Positions 51,366 through 64,000 of a DNA stretch of 64,000 bases are shown here, one piece after another. Below the pieces are notes generated by a model, which searched no databases, had not been told where the DNA came from, and saw nothing but the letters and a program-made list of their open reading frames with translations. How positions within the stretch are numbered: the stretch's first letter is position 1; the number at the start of each line of letters is the position of its first letter. The stretch comes from Eledone cirrhosa (taxonomy: Eukaryota): positions 26,970,001 through 27,034,000 of the forward strand of contig OZ024748.1 of the NCBI GenBank assembly GCA_964016885.1, in the 5' to 3' direction. The position numbers and the translations under genes were made by a program.

Positions 51366-53638
51366 ATCATCATCATCATCAACGTTTAAAGTCCGTGTTC
51401 CACGCTTGCATGGGTTTGGACGGGGGTTTTCGCACTTGAGGCAAGAGTGATTGTCTTGCTCGCATAGGACTGTCTGGCAGGTTTTCTACAGTTGGATGCC
51501 CTTCCTAACACCAACCACATTTACAGTGTGGGTCTGGGAGGTTTTTACCGTGTTGCCTACACGGCCACATTACAGCGTGGACTGTGTGTTTTTTTGTCGT
51601 GACACCTACACGATCTCATTTGTTTCGGCCTAGATGGTGTGGCACCAACATAACTTTACATAGAAGGGGGCGGTGTGGATGGGGTGGGGGTGGTGGGACG
51701 GGGGTGTATTTTGTTAGAGATGCCTACTGACTGTGGTAGGTTTTACTTTGTATTTAGGTAAGGCGGGTCTTCTCTATTACTGAGTACCGCCAAAGGTCTC
51801 GGTCTAGTGACATTGTCTTGGTGAGGTGTAAGTGTGTGAGGTCGGAGTTTATCAGCTCGTCCCAGGTTTTTCTGGGTCTGCCTATTCCGTGGCTACCGTC
51901 TATCTTTATTGCCCTGCACTTTGTTATACAGCTATCGTCCTTCATGCGCATCACGTGACCATACCAACGTAGCCTTCTCTCTAGTAAACAACATCTGATC
52001 CCTCTTATTTCTAATTTTTTCCTTAGTTCGTTTATGCTTTGTCGTTCACGTATATTACTATTACACATCCAGCGGAGCATGCAAGCTTCGTTTCTCTCTA
52101 GTCTGCGTATATCCTCTGCACACAATGCCCAGGTCTCACTGCCATGCAACATTGCTGTTCGTATGCAGGCATCATACAACCTGCCTTTCATTTTTAGGGA
52201 GAACCCTTTAGCGGCTAATAGTGGTATAAGCTCTCTGAACTTTTTCCACCCAGTTCTGACTCTAGCTACTGTACTTTCAGAGCACCCTCCCCCACTGCTG
52301 ATTTTGTCACCCAGGTAACGGAAGCTGACCACTATTTCTATAGAACCCTCTGCGCAGTTGAAAGAGCTAGTATTTTGTGGGCACTTGCTGCTACTTATTG
52401 CCCCAGAACACCGGCCACATGTAAAATCTATGTTCTTAGTTAGCTTACCTGTGATCCCACTACATCTTTTATGCACCCAAACTTTGCATTTGGGACACAA
52501 AATGGAATTTCTACCTACGCCTTTCCTACACTCTGCGCATGGCCACTTCCCGGAGGGGACCGCCGCCTTATTTTCTTTCTTACAAACTAGAACTTTAGTC
52601 TTAGCCAGGTTAATTTTAAGGCCTTTTGATTCTAGGCCGTGCTTCCATGTTTGGAATTTCTTCTCTAGCTCGGCCATTGATTCAGCTATGAGCATTAGAT
52701 CATCTGCGTATAGGAGTTCCCATGGGCAGCCGGTCTTGAACTCCACTGTTATAGCCTGGAGGGCAATAATAAATAGTAGGGGGCTAAGAACAGAGCCCTG
52801 ATGAACACCAACTTTTACACTAAACTCTTCACTATATTCGTTGTTAATTCTAACCTTGCTGACTGTTTCTTTATACATGGCTTGTATAGCTCTCACAAGC
52901 CATTCATCAACACCTAGTTTTCTAAGAGCCCACCAGATAATGGAATGGGGGACTCTGTCAAAGGCCTTCTCCAAGTCGACGAAAGCTAAGTATAGGGGTT
53001 TACTTTTAGCTAGGTACTTCTCCTGTAGTTGTCGTACAATGAAAAGAGCGTCTGTGGTACTTTTTCCTGAAACAAACCCGAACTGCATTTCATCTAGATC
53101 AATTCGCTCTCTGATTAGTTGCGCTATTACTTTTTCCGTGACCTTCGTGACCTGGTCGATTAATTTAATGCCTCTATAGTTACTCCTATCTAGGGCATCT
53201 CCTTTACCCTTATAACAGTTAACGATAATGCTGCTACGCCAGTCCTTCGGAACAACCCCATTCTGTATGACTTGGTTGATTATCCGGGTGACCATGGTGT
53301 GTCCCACCGTACCAGATGCCTTCAGCATCTCGGCAACTATTTCCGAAGGACCAGCCGCCTTGCCTGTCTTCATATCTTTGATTGCCTTACTTATTATACT
53401 ACCCTCGACTAACACTGCTGGTCCCTCTATTGGGTCGATGTGGGGGAGACTGTCTTTCTCCCATTTATTCTCCTCATTTAGTAGCCTTTCGTAGTGACAC
53501 TTCCAAGCTACCTTCTTATCGGCGTCGGTGATGGCAAGTACGCCGTCATCGTTAAGTACACACTTCTCCCCGACAATATCACTGTTTTCCTTGACACATT
53601 GCCTAGCAATCCTGAACACCTCACGTTTTTGGTCCTCA
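51366..53638 (-). mobile_element. Young 5'-truncated RTE LINE with an open RT reading frame (53637-51754)
   Basis: About 627 uninterrupted codons with [32 protein letters not shown] and FRYLG; (GAT)n tail; TA tracts on both sides. Confidence 0.96.
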
Positions 53639-53649
53639 CATATATATAC

Positions 53650-53708
<59 letters not shown>

Positions 53709-53746
53709 CATACATATATATACATATATATATACATACATATATA

Positions 53747-53792
<46 letters not shown>

Positions 53793-54019
53793 GTAGTGGC
53801 CGTTCTCGAAAACGTGTTGGCAGCCACCATATATAGGAGAATATATATATATACATACATATATATATGTATATTTATATGTATGTATATGTGTATTACT
53901 GGTAATTTATTTTATCGACCCCGTAAGGATGAAAGGCAAAGTTAATCTCGGCGGGATTTGAACTCAGTATATATTAATGCCAAAAAACTATGAGCACAAC
54001 AAATAAATATATGGAAAAG

Positions 54020-54422
54020 AATGAAACGAAATTTCATTTCTCACTCTTAGTACGGCTGATACTTAAACGTAAGTATGTATGTATACGTACATACATATAT
54101 GTATACAGACGTACAGTAGTATGAATATATATACATACATGCACACATATATATATGTACGTATGGGTTTACTAAACATTTATTATAATGTTCGGTTTGT
54201 TTGTTTGTAAACAAACAAACAGCCCGAATTACGCCATACAGAGTTCAGGCAACCATCGTCACCTTTTTGTTCAACACTGACACAGGAACGATGTACTAGT
54301 TTCAAGCTTATTAGCTATCGTCAGCATCGTATACCTTCCTGCCAGATGATTGAATGTCTGAAAGTATATACTTTCCTTATGCATATTAATGGCTGAGCAG
54401 CCTAATTTGCATATCGAGTGAG
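54020..54422 (-). mobile_element. Further copy of the ~440-bp hammerhead-bearing element (hammerhead 54288-54330)
   Basis: Minus strand: acgatg-CTGACGA-tagct aata agctt-GAAA-ctag-TA-catcgt. Confidence 0.88.
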
Positions 54423-54479
54423 TATATATATATATACATATATATACATATATATATATATATACACATATATATATAC

Positions 54480-54530
<51 letters not shown>

Positions 54531-54589
54531 TATGCATATATATACATATATATATACATATATATACATATATATATATGTATATATAC

Positions 54590-55515
54590 ATTTTACGCTA
54601 GCATGGGTTAGACGGGTTGTCCTGTTGTGGGCAGTGCTCGGTCGGCTGACCTTGTCTTGCTCATACGGCAACTGATTCTGGCTTGATTTCTACAGCTTCA
54701 TTCTGGCTTCATTTACAGTGAGTGCTGGGTGCCTTTTTTCCGTGGCGCCTACACAACCACTTTACAGTGTGGGCTGGGTGCTTTTTTGCGGTGGGAAGGG
54801 GTAGGGGCATATTGTCTATATGCTTCAGACTCGGCTTGTACTCGTGGGAAGTCGGGTCTTCTGTAGTACTGCCTGACACCAGAGGTCACGGACCTGTGTC
54901 ATCACCTTTGAGAGGTGCAATTGGGTATAGTCGGTTTTTATCACCTCATCCTAGGTCTTCTTGGGTCTCTCCACTCCACAGCTTCCATCGACTTCTACTG
55001 CTCTGCACCTTTTTATGCAGCTGTCATCCTTCTTAAGCATCACATGTCCATACCAATGCAACCTCCTCTCTTCCACATAGCATTTGATTCCTCTTATGCT
55101 CAGTCTCTCTCAATTCGTTTATGCTTTGCCGTTCGCGTATATTACTATTACACATCCATCGGAGCATGCAAGCTTCGTTTCTTTCTAATCTACGCAAGTC
55201 TTCTACATGCAACGCCGAGGTCTCACTACCATGTAATATTGCTGTTCGTATCCACGCATCACACAGTCTGCCTTTCTTTTTGAGGGAAAAGCCTTTTGCA
55301 GCTTACCCTTGTTACTGTACTTTCCAAACACACACCTCCGCTGCTAATTCGATCATCTAGGTAGCAAAAGCTGTCTACTGTTTCTACAGAGCCCTCCCAG
55401 AGTTTGGTAGTGCTTGTTTCCTGTGGCTGTTTACTGCTTGCTGTCCTGGTGCAGATGCTACATGTAAAGCAGCTGCTACATTTTTAGCTAGGCTTCTTGA
55501 GATCCCACTACATCA
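54590..55515 (-). mobile_element. Degenerate RTE 3' remnant
   Basis: Homologous to the C-terminal ORF and 3' UTR of the other RTE copies. Confidence 0.85.
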
Positions 55516-55685
55516 GATATATATATATATGGTCCTTTACAATTCGGGTTTAGTTCTTGAAACAACACATTACAATAACAGTGTATGTGTGTGTATACAT
55601 ATATATATATATATGTAAACATATATGTATATATATATATACATAAATACCCATGCAAGTGTGGAAAAGCTATGTATGTATATAA

Positions 55686-55750
<65 letters not shown>

Positions 55751-55981
55751 AAAATATTTATTAACAATAAATAAACAAATGGGTTAGCATGCTTGAACTC
55801 ACTCATTACACTCATGATCCAATAATCAAAGGATTATTCAATCAGATCAATGATATTTATCTATCTGCTCATCTCTCTCTATAGAACCTCTTTACTTTGA
55901 TAATGGAATGTATGTCACAATCTAATATATATATGTGCATGCATACATAAAAATTATCATAATAATATAACCAGAAGAACA

Positions 55982-56047
<66 letters not shown>

Positions 56048-56750
56048 GTGTACATATATGCATCTACATGTGCATATATATATATATATATCATCATCAT
56101 CATCGTTTAACGTCCATCTTCCACGCTAGCATGGGTTAGACGGTTTTGTTCCACTTGATGCAGGAATGGTTGATAGACCATGTCTCGCTCATACAGAAAT
56201 GTCTCTGGCAGGTATTTTTACAGCTGGATGCCCTTCCTAACACCAACCACATTTACATATATATATATAAGTAGGTATGTGTATTCATATGAGGCACATG
56301 TTAAACAGGTATGAGCTTAATGAATGGTATCACATCATATGTAAAGTTATTCAATTTATATTTTGTTGCTTATACACTCATGCCCATGTATGTAATGGTT
56401 TTGTATGGGTATATATATTTTCTTGTTAAGTCCCAGGTCAATCATGTTTTACAGTGTACTGCATACGTAGAAAACACGGTAAAAAGGCTCCCAGTCCACA
56501 CTGTAAATGTGGTTGGTGTTAGGAAGGACATCCAGCCGTAGAAAACCTGCCAGATACAGTTCTACATGGTCACCTGATCAATCTTGCCTCAAGTGTGACT
56601 ATTCCCGTCTGACCCATGCTAGCGTGGAAGCTGGACGTTAAACGATGACGATGATGACTGTATATATGTCTTCATCTTCATCATCAATTTACATCTGTTT
56701 TTCCATGGGTTGGATATATCCTGTAAGTTGTCATTTTTATTTTCAGTGAA

Positions 56751-56940
56751 GGGGCGGTGAATTGGCAGTATCGGTAGAGAGTCGGACGCCATGCTTTCCA
56801 GCATAGTTACGTCCCTTTACAGTCTGAGTTCAAATCCCGCCGAGGTTAACTTTGCCTTTCATCCTTACGGGGTCAATAAAATAAAGTACCAGTAATGTAC
56901 TGGGTAATTGCTGGCCTTGTGCCTAAAGTAGAAACAATTA
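56751..56940 (+). mobile_element. Full-length tRNA-derived SINE with 15-bp TSD
   Basis: A box tggcagtatcgg and B box gagttcaaatccc; TSD atttttattttcagt at 56733-56747 and 56940-56954. Confidence 0.92.
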
Positions 56941-57799
56941 TTTTTATTTTCAGTATAGAAATAACAAAAAAGAAGGGGTAACAAAAGGAAAGAAAGAATA
57001 GGGAAATATAGAAAAGAAAGAGGAGAGAAAGAAAGAAGAAAAAGATCGGGAATGGGAGGGGTGTTGCAGAAGAGAGGGGAGGAGGAGGGTGATTGGGCTT
57101 TGGGCCTAGGGCAAGAGGGCAGAAGTGCCGCGCCCCACTGACAAGACAACAAAAGCATTCCCCTGACGAAGTTTGATATAAAATTAGAACTGTGGTGAAA
57201 ATGATTTACTAAACCAAGGCTGCAGCATGGCAGTTGTCTAATGAATTAAACAACTAGAAGAATAAAAGTGTAGAAGAATATAAAAAAAAGTTGTCAATTA
57301 TAACTCACATTTTTTTCAAAAGTAAATTGGATCAATTCTTAAAGGTAGCCAGTGGTTAGTTGGTTGGTAAATCAGAGTGGACACTTGCAGAAATAATAGA
57401 GAACACCATCACAGAATCTACTGGATGTTTGGACCTAATGGTGGACAGCTGCACAACACTACCACACCACCTACTGGATGGCTGGAGAACTGATCTATGT
57501 ACTCAATGGACTGAATGCTGACAACTCTAACTTGGATGAGAGCCAACTTGTACACCGTTTGCATGTCAGTGTATGATTGTGTGTGTATAGATTTGTTTGT
57601 TGGTTCTGGAAAAGCTGTTTGTCTATTGAGGGACGATTCAGAGATCATTCATATTATATGTGTATGTATGTATCTATGTATGCGTGGGTATATCAATATA
57701 TATGTGTATATAACAGTGTGCAATATACACAGTTCATACATGTAATGACATGTCAACAATAAAAGTCAAGTCAATAGTTAAGTGTCACCAAATATCTGA

Positions 57800-58245
57800 T
57801 TGTAGTTGTTGTGATGTTAGTGGTGGTGTTGTGATGGTAGCAGTGATATTGGTGCTGCTGTTGTTGTTTTGATGTAGTGTTGGTTATGGTGGTGGTAGTG
57901 TTAGTGCTGGTGATGGTGTTAGTGTTGGTTGTAGTGTTAGTGTTAATGTTAGTGGTAGTGTTAGATGCTGTAGTTGTAGTGTTGGTTATGGTGGTGGTGG
58001 TAGTGTTAGTGCTGGTGATGGTGTTAGTGTTAGTGTTGGTTGTAGTGTTAGTGTTAATGTTAGTGGTAGTGTTAGATGCTGTAGTTGTAGTGTTGGTTAT
58101 GGTGGTGGTGTTAGTGATGGTGTTAATGTTGGTTGTGGTGTTAGTATTAATGGTGGTGTTAGTGTTAGATGCTGTAGTTGTAGTGTTGGTGGTAGTGTTA
58201 GATGCTGTAGTTGTAGTGTTGGTGGTAGTGTTAGATGTTGTAGTT
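57800..58245. repeat. GT-rich trinucleotide-type low-complexity repeat
   Basis: gtgttg/gtagtg/ttagtg units with internal duplications. Confidence 0.9.
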
Positions 58246-59030
58246 TTGCAAAAGGCTTTTCCCTCAAAATGAAAGGCAGACTGTATGATGTGTGCAAACA
58301 AACAGCAATGTTACATGGTAGTGAGACCTGGGCGCTGTGTGTAGAAGACTTGCATAGATTAGAAAGAAATGAAGCTTGTATGCTCTGATGGATGTGCAAT
58401 ATAGTAATATACGCAAATGGCAAAGCATAAATGAATTGAGAGAGAGACCAAGCATAAGACGAATCAAATGCTGTGTGCAGGAGAGATTGCGTTGGTATGG
58501 ACATGTGATGAGTATTAAGGATGACAGTTGCATAAAAAGGTGCAGAGCACTAAAAGTCGATGGAAGCTTTGGAGTGGGGAGACCCAAGAAGACCTGGGAT
58601 GAGGTGATAAACGCTGACCTTACCCAATTGCACCTCTCAAAGTCAATGACACAGGACCAAGACCTCTGGCGTCATATAGTGATACAGAAGACCCGACTCC
58701 CCACGGGTACAAGCCGAAGCATATAGACAGTATCCCCCCCCCCCCCACACACACACTTCCACTGTAAAGTGGTGGTGTAGGTGTCATGACAAAAAAAAAA
58801 GCACCCAGTCCACACTGAAGTGGTCGTGTAGGTGCCACAGTAAAAAAAGCACCCAGTACTCCTTGTAAATGAGGTTGGTGTTATGAAGGGCATCCAGCTG
58901 TAGAAATGAAGTCAAAATCAGTTCTGAATGAGCAAGACATGGTCATTTGACCTGACATTGCCACAACAAGACAACCCGTCTAACCCATGCTAGTGTGGAA
59001 GAATGGACGTAAAACGGTGATGATGATGAA
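58246..59030 (+). mobile_element. Degenerate RTE 3' remnant
   Basis: [19 protein letters not shown] followed by the family 3' UTR and (GAT)n tail. Confidence 0.9.
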
Positions 59031-59299
59031 TGGAATGTGTATGAAGGAAAATGATTATTATTGTCACCTGGTATATATATAAAGTTTTCTTTAAATTTTA
59101 ATATACCTCTGTAACCATATGTTCTTGCACTCTTTACAAATTATTCCCTGTCAATGTTTTTTTATATATATATGTGAATCAACTTTTAATAAATGATCCT
59201 ATCTATTCATTAGAATCTTTGAGTTTGTCTACAGGTGATATGGTGCAAGTCTGCAATTTTCTGAGACCTGACATCTTTAAGTATTATATAAATATGTAT

Positions 59300-59339
<40 letters not shown>

Positions 59340-59791
59340 TTGTGATACTAATTATATCAACAATATTGTTGAGGGGGAAATACCTCCATTTCTCCACCTG
59401 TTTTATATATTAGCTTTTACAAGAAACCTCATCCATCTCTATGGTAACCAGAAGATTATATGATGTTTTACTTTTGGCAACTTGACAGCACAAGCTCTCT
59501 TCCTTTACTTTACCTTACATTCTTCCTTTCTAGCTTTATTCTTTCTTTCTACTCATCTATCGTTATTCTTTCTTTCTACAATTTTTTATATGTAAATATA
59601 GATGTTGGTAGACCAGGTGGGATCTAGGTAACCCAGTTGGCATAGGTCTACAATTCTAAGGGGGCTTACTTTCTTTAAGTCCCAGTTCTTTCATTCTGTA
59701 CATTATATACACCACTCACTCATATATCAGTAACCCATACATAAATCAGATGTATTTAACAATGACTTCTAGAATACTTTGTGAAGTTTAA

Positions 59792-60409
59792 CCCTTTAGC
59801 ATTCAAACCATAACAGGCTGTTCATACTTATGTTAAGGTATTGTTCTCAAAATAAATAATATCAAAATCTCATAGATTCGATAATATATGAGATAAAGTG
59901 TTTACTATGAAAATACAATAGTGAAGAACAAAAAAACAAAAACACCCAGTCCACGCTGTAATGTGGTTGTGTAGGTAACACGGTAAAAGGTTCCCAGTCC
60001 ACACTGTAAATGTGGTTGGTGTTAGGAAGGGCATCCAGCTGTAGAAAACCTGCCAGACAGTCCTATATGAGCGAAACATGGTCGCCCGACCAACCTTGCC
60101 TCAAGTGGGACTACTCCCGTCTAACCCATGCTAGCATGGAAGATGGACATTAAACGAAGATGATGATGAATATAGAGTAATTGTTTCTATTTTTGGCACA
60201 AGGCCAGCAATTACCCAGTACATTACTGGTACTTTATTTTATCGACCCTGTAAGGATGAAAAGCAAAGTTAACCTCGGCGGGATTTGAACTCAGACCATA
60301 AAGGGCCGTAACTCTTTGCTGCAAAGCATGGCGTCCGACCCTCTACTGATACTGCCAATCCACCGCCTGATCATGATGATGAATATAGAGTAATGTAAAT
60401 GCTAAAGAG
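59792..60409. mobile_element. piggyBac-like MITE with a nested RTE tail and a SINE (60178-60368, 22-bp TSD)
   Basis: TTAA-ccctttagcatt ... aatgctaaagag-TTAA; internal sequence matches 63211-63444 in reverse. SINE TSD atgatgatgaatatagagtaat at 60160 and 60373. Confidence 0.7.
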
Positions 60410-61175
60410 TTAAAGTGGACCCTACATTTCTCACAAACACAAATTCCTCATTTCCAGATCATCATCATCAACATTATAGCCATCATTATGATCATGCCCA
60501 TCATCAGCATCTTTACCACCATTGTGCTGGTGCAATGACAAAAAGTATCTCATCCACACTATAAGGTGATAGTGCTGGTGCAATGACAAAAAGTACCCAG
60601 TTCACCCCATAATGTGGTACTGCTGGTGCCATGAAAAAAGCTCCTAATATTATACACTGTAAATTGGTTGGTGTAAGAAAGGGCATCAAACCATAGAAAA
60701 CCAATCCCAAAATGGATCATATGAGCAAGACGTGCTCATCTGACATATTTAACCTCATAGGACAACCTGTCTGACCCATGCAAGAATGAAAAATAGACAT
60801 TAAATAGGGATGATGATGATCACCACTATCATTTCCAACATTATCACAATCATCATCAACAATAAATTAAGACAAATGCAAATTAGAATTTTTATTAGAA
60901 ATAATTTTATTTTCATATATCTTTTTTCTCTCATTTAGAAAAAATGATTTACGTAATATTGAAATTCTTAATTAGTTACAATGTTGATAAGTGTTTCTAG
61001 GAAACAAGATTAATTAATTAATCAAACATTAATTGGTGTATATATTGGCTTTCTGTCATTGTTGATATATTCCAAACTTTTCCAGAGATTGGTGTTATCT
61101 GTCCCGGAGATAGCAATCAACTTACGTCTGTGTGTACAGTGGATTACTGCATCTGTGTATATATATATATATATA

Positions 61176-61214
<39 letters not shown>

Positions 61215-61284
61215 TTTACGTTTACATATGTTGCGATTTAAACAGCTAACCCAATGAAAAGTGAAACTTGTTTGTCAAAACTGG

Positions 61285-63734
61285 TTAAAACTTTATATTG
61301 TCATATATTTCTGGATAATTTTCAAAGAAAGACTGAAAAGAAAAAAAAAAAAATTAATTGCAGAAATCTTGAATGGCATTTTAAATATCGGTTGTTGAAA
61401 CAAATGTAGAACTGAAGTTGTAAATAAGATTCCTCTTACCTTAAAGAGAGCAATGCCATGTGCAATACTTGTGGTGCAGCATTGTTCCCGGATTGAGTGC
61501 ATGCTCAGCTGAGGGCTGCCAACATCAACAGTAGGAATACCAATCTTCGAGGACAATATTGGTCCAATGGTGCTACCACACGTGGAGTCATTGCGAACAA
61601 CATAATCCTTTAAGTAATAGAAATAAAGAAATGAAATATCAAACAATAAATATAATTGTTTCTACTTTTGGCACAAGGCCAGCAATTATCCCAGTGTATT
61701 ACTGGTACTTTATTTTATCGACCCTGTAAGGATGAAAGGCAAAGTTAACCTCAGCGGGATGAATAATTATCATCATCACCATTGAACATCCATTTACCAC
61801 GCTAGCTTGGATCTGACGAGTTGCTCGTTTGTGAGACAAGTCAGATCAGATGACTGTCTTTCTTATACAGAACTGTTTCCAATACACTAAAATTCTGTTA
61901 TAAAGAAATTCACGGGATGTAAAAAAAATTTGTGATAACGAAAAATTTGTTTATAACGAGATCAACTGAAACAAATTGAGTGTTTCTTTGTTATCACCTA
62001 GTATTTAAGAATTAAACAATAAATGAAAACATACCTGCAATAAGACTGTATCCTGTATCATGCAATAAAATATAAATATATACAGTGTACACCCGGCATT
62101 CGCGGAATTTTCATGAGAACCTAACTAATAATTGTTTGTGAAACCACATGTTCACGGAATCATATCTTCCGCGATTTTTAATGGCTTTTTTTGTGGCGAT
62201 ATATATTTTTTCACACTTTTTAACATTAAATTATCAATAGCAATATGCCGTATTTGCAGGCCTATATTTTACGTTATGTTTTGATGTATATAGGTATTTT
62301 ATGAACCACGTCCAATATTCACGGTTGCTCTAGGTACATAATCCCTGTGAATACCAGGGGACAACTGTATTTCAAATATGTTTCCTTTGTTTGTTTTCTA
62401 TCATATAAACTCGCGTAAAAAAACTCTCAAAAATTTTCAATCATTTTTTGGTTATGTATAATAATTATATATATATATAAATATATTTTAAGTGTGTGTA
62501 TGTATCTATTAATGTATGTGAGTGTGTGTTCAGATAATTCTCGACGAGGCTTCGTAGCCAGTAAACCCAACCCTAAAGAGACGCAACTCCAGCCGGGATC
62601 ATGCGAGAAGGAGTGTCGAAAATTTTTCTTTTCGATGTAGCGAGAAATTTTGGCTGCTTGGGGTTCAATTTTCGTTTGTTGTCCTAAAATATTTGTTGTA
62701 ATGAATCTCGTTATAACGAGATTCTTTTATCATTGTTTTAATAAGTTGGAAAGGGAGTGTATATCTGTTACACCTATTTTAATTAGGTATGTTTAGTGGG
62801 TTGTATATGATGTAGGAGCTGATGTTCGATAATAATATTGCCATCGAATTAAGTAAACATGAGCTTGTGGCCAGGGATTGAAAAAAAATGTCATTATAAT
62901 GGAATTTTACTGTATTGTCACAAAACTAACAAGTCAATTACATTGACCCGAAAACATAACTGGTACTTAATTTTATCTAGCACTAGCCCACGACCAGCAA
63001 GTCAATTATGGAAGTATGAAAGGTATATTTGACCAGAATATAGAATGTTGTAACTAAATAACTCAAAGCATTGTTTGATGCTCTCTTGATTACTGCCAAT
63101 CTACCTCAATAAATAATAAATGATAAAGTAATATAATAATACAGCAAATAATGGTTTCCGATTTAGGCACAAGACCAACAATTTTTTGGGGGGAGGGGCA
63201 AGTCGATCAACCCTTTAGCATTTACATTACTCTATATATACTACTGTATTTTTGTGGTAAAGGCTTTATCTTACATAATTATCTTACATAATTATCTCAC
63301 ATAATATTGAAGCTACAAGATTTCAATGTTATTTATTTTGAGAACAATACCTTAACATAAGTATGAGCGACTGGTTACAACCGGTTTGAATAGAAAGAAG
63401 TGAGAGAATCCTGGCCGGATACGGCCAGTTTAAATGCTAAAGGGTTAAATCAACCCCATTGCATTACTGGTGCTTTATTTTATCAATCTGCAATTCAGAA
63501 AAACAAAGTTAACTTTGGCAGGATTTGAAATCAGTAAAGAGCAATATCTTTATGTCACAAAGTATGTTGTGCAACACTACCAATACTGCCGATCCACCGC
63601 CCTTAATACAGTAAATAATAAACTGTTTTTACCTGCAGTGGTACATTGGCCCGCTCAGCAATTTTGCGCAATATAGCACATGTGATTGCTGTTGAAGCAT
63701 ACAAATGTCTTGCATTAATCTTCAACACGTAACC
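61285..63734 (-). CDS. DNPEP: Aspartyl aminopeptidase (peptidase M18), last three coding exons 63734-63633, 61607-61440, 61332-61285; gene continues beyond the window
   Basis: GYVLKINARHLYAST...ANVPLQ | DYVVRNDSTCGSTIGPILSS...GSPQLSMHSIRE...ALFK | SFFENYPEIYDNIKF*; GT-AG phase 0 introns. Confidence 0.93.
61885..62912. mobile_element. Tigger/pogo-like non-autonomous element with a second MITE nested at 62083-62367
   Basis: TA-flanked imperfect TIRs cactaaaattctgttataa / ttataatggaattttactg; inner TIRs cagtgtacacccggcattcgc / gtgaataccaggggacaactg. Confidence 0.55.
63211..63444. mobile_element. piggyBac-like MITE inserted in a SINE
   Basis: TIRs ccctttagcattta / taaatgctaaaggg with TCAA/TTAA flanks; splits a SINE whose TSD-like flanks are taatacag(c/t)aaataat. 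Confidence 0.7.
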
Positions 63735-64000
63735 CTGAAAAATTATAGAAAAGAAACTAAGATACAAACAGTTAAACCATCTAATCCATGGAAAATAGAC
63801 ATAAAACAATATTGATGCTAATGAAGATACATATACACACACAAACACACAACACAGGAGTACACAAACACACAACACAGGAGTACACATACACACACAG
63901 AGATAAATATGTGTACAAATGAAACAAGAGCACTCAATACAAGTCATGATGGTTAAATATTTGTATTAATAGTTTGAGACTTAAAGTTTCACAGATATAA

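Noticed and set aside
53638-53856. N-terminal 73 aa of the 700-aa ORF
   Set aside because: In-frame microsatellite fused to a 5'-truncated RTE; not a real protein start, and the element lacks its endonuclease.
56751-56850. tRNA gene
   Set aside because: The A and B boxes belong to a multi-copy SINE head with TSDs; no full cloverleaf.
57160-57205. ctgacga...gaaa
   Set aside because: No convincing stem I or stem III.
57771-58301. Thr/Asn-rich mucin-like ORF and Val-rich antisense ORF
   Set aside because: Simple repeat abutting an RTE remnant; no exon evidence.

Overview
AT-rich, microsatellite-laden eukaryotic DNA. The SINE, RTE and (TA)n content suggests a cephalopod (octopus-like) genome; this is an inference. 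Host genes: a complete intron-containing cytosolic Hsc70 gene (+, CDS 30621-34604, 651 aa, HSE/CCAAT/CRE promoter near 28.5 kb); the last three coding exons of an aspartyl aminopeptidase (DNPEP-like, - strand, 61285-63734); and a cryptic spliced ORF of unknown identity (- strand, 35485-37021). The rest is mobile DNA: RTE, CR1, R4/NeSL-like and CRE-like LINE remnants, a Penelope-like (Naiad-type) GIY-YIG remnant, tRNA-derived SINEs, and mariner/Tigger/piggyBac-like fragments. The main result is a hammerhead-ribozyme system. A 4.5-kb array (46764-51229) of apparently identical 310-bp units carries one minimal type I hammerhead per unit (15 copies) and folds back on itself into a ~2-kb-arm palindrome inside a (TA)n tract, i.e. 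a retrozyme-like array. About 17 further intact or decayed hammerhead motifs, from several unrelated short repeat families, are scattered through the window. Some have long or branched stem II, one family shows compensatory base changes, and three loci share the same head-to-head inversion. All folds were read by eye and not computed.
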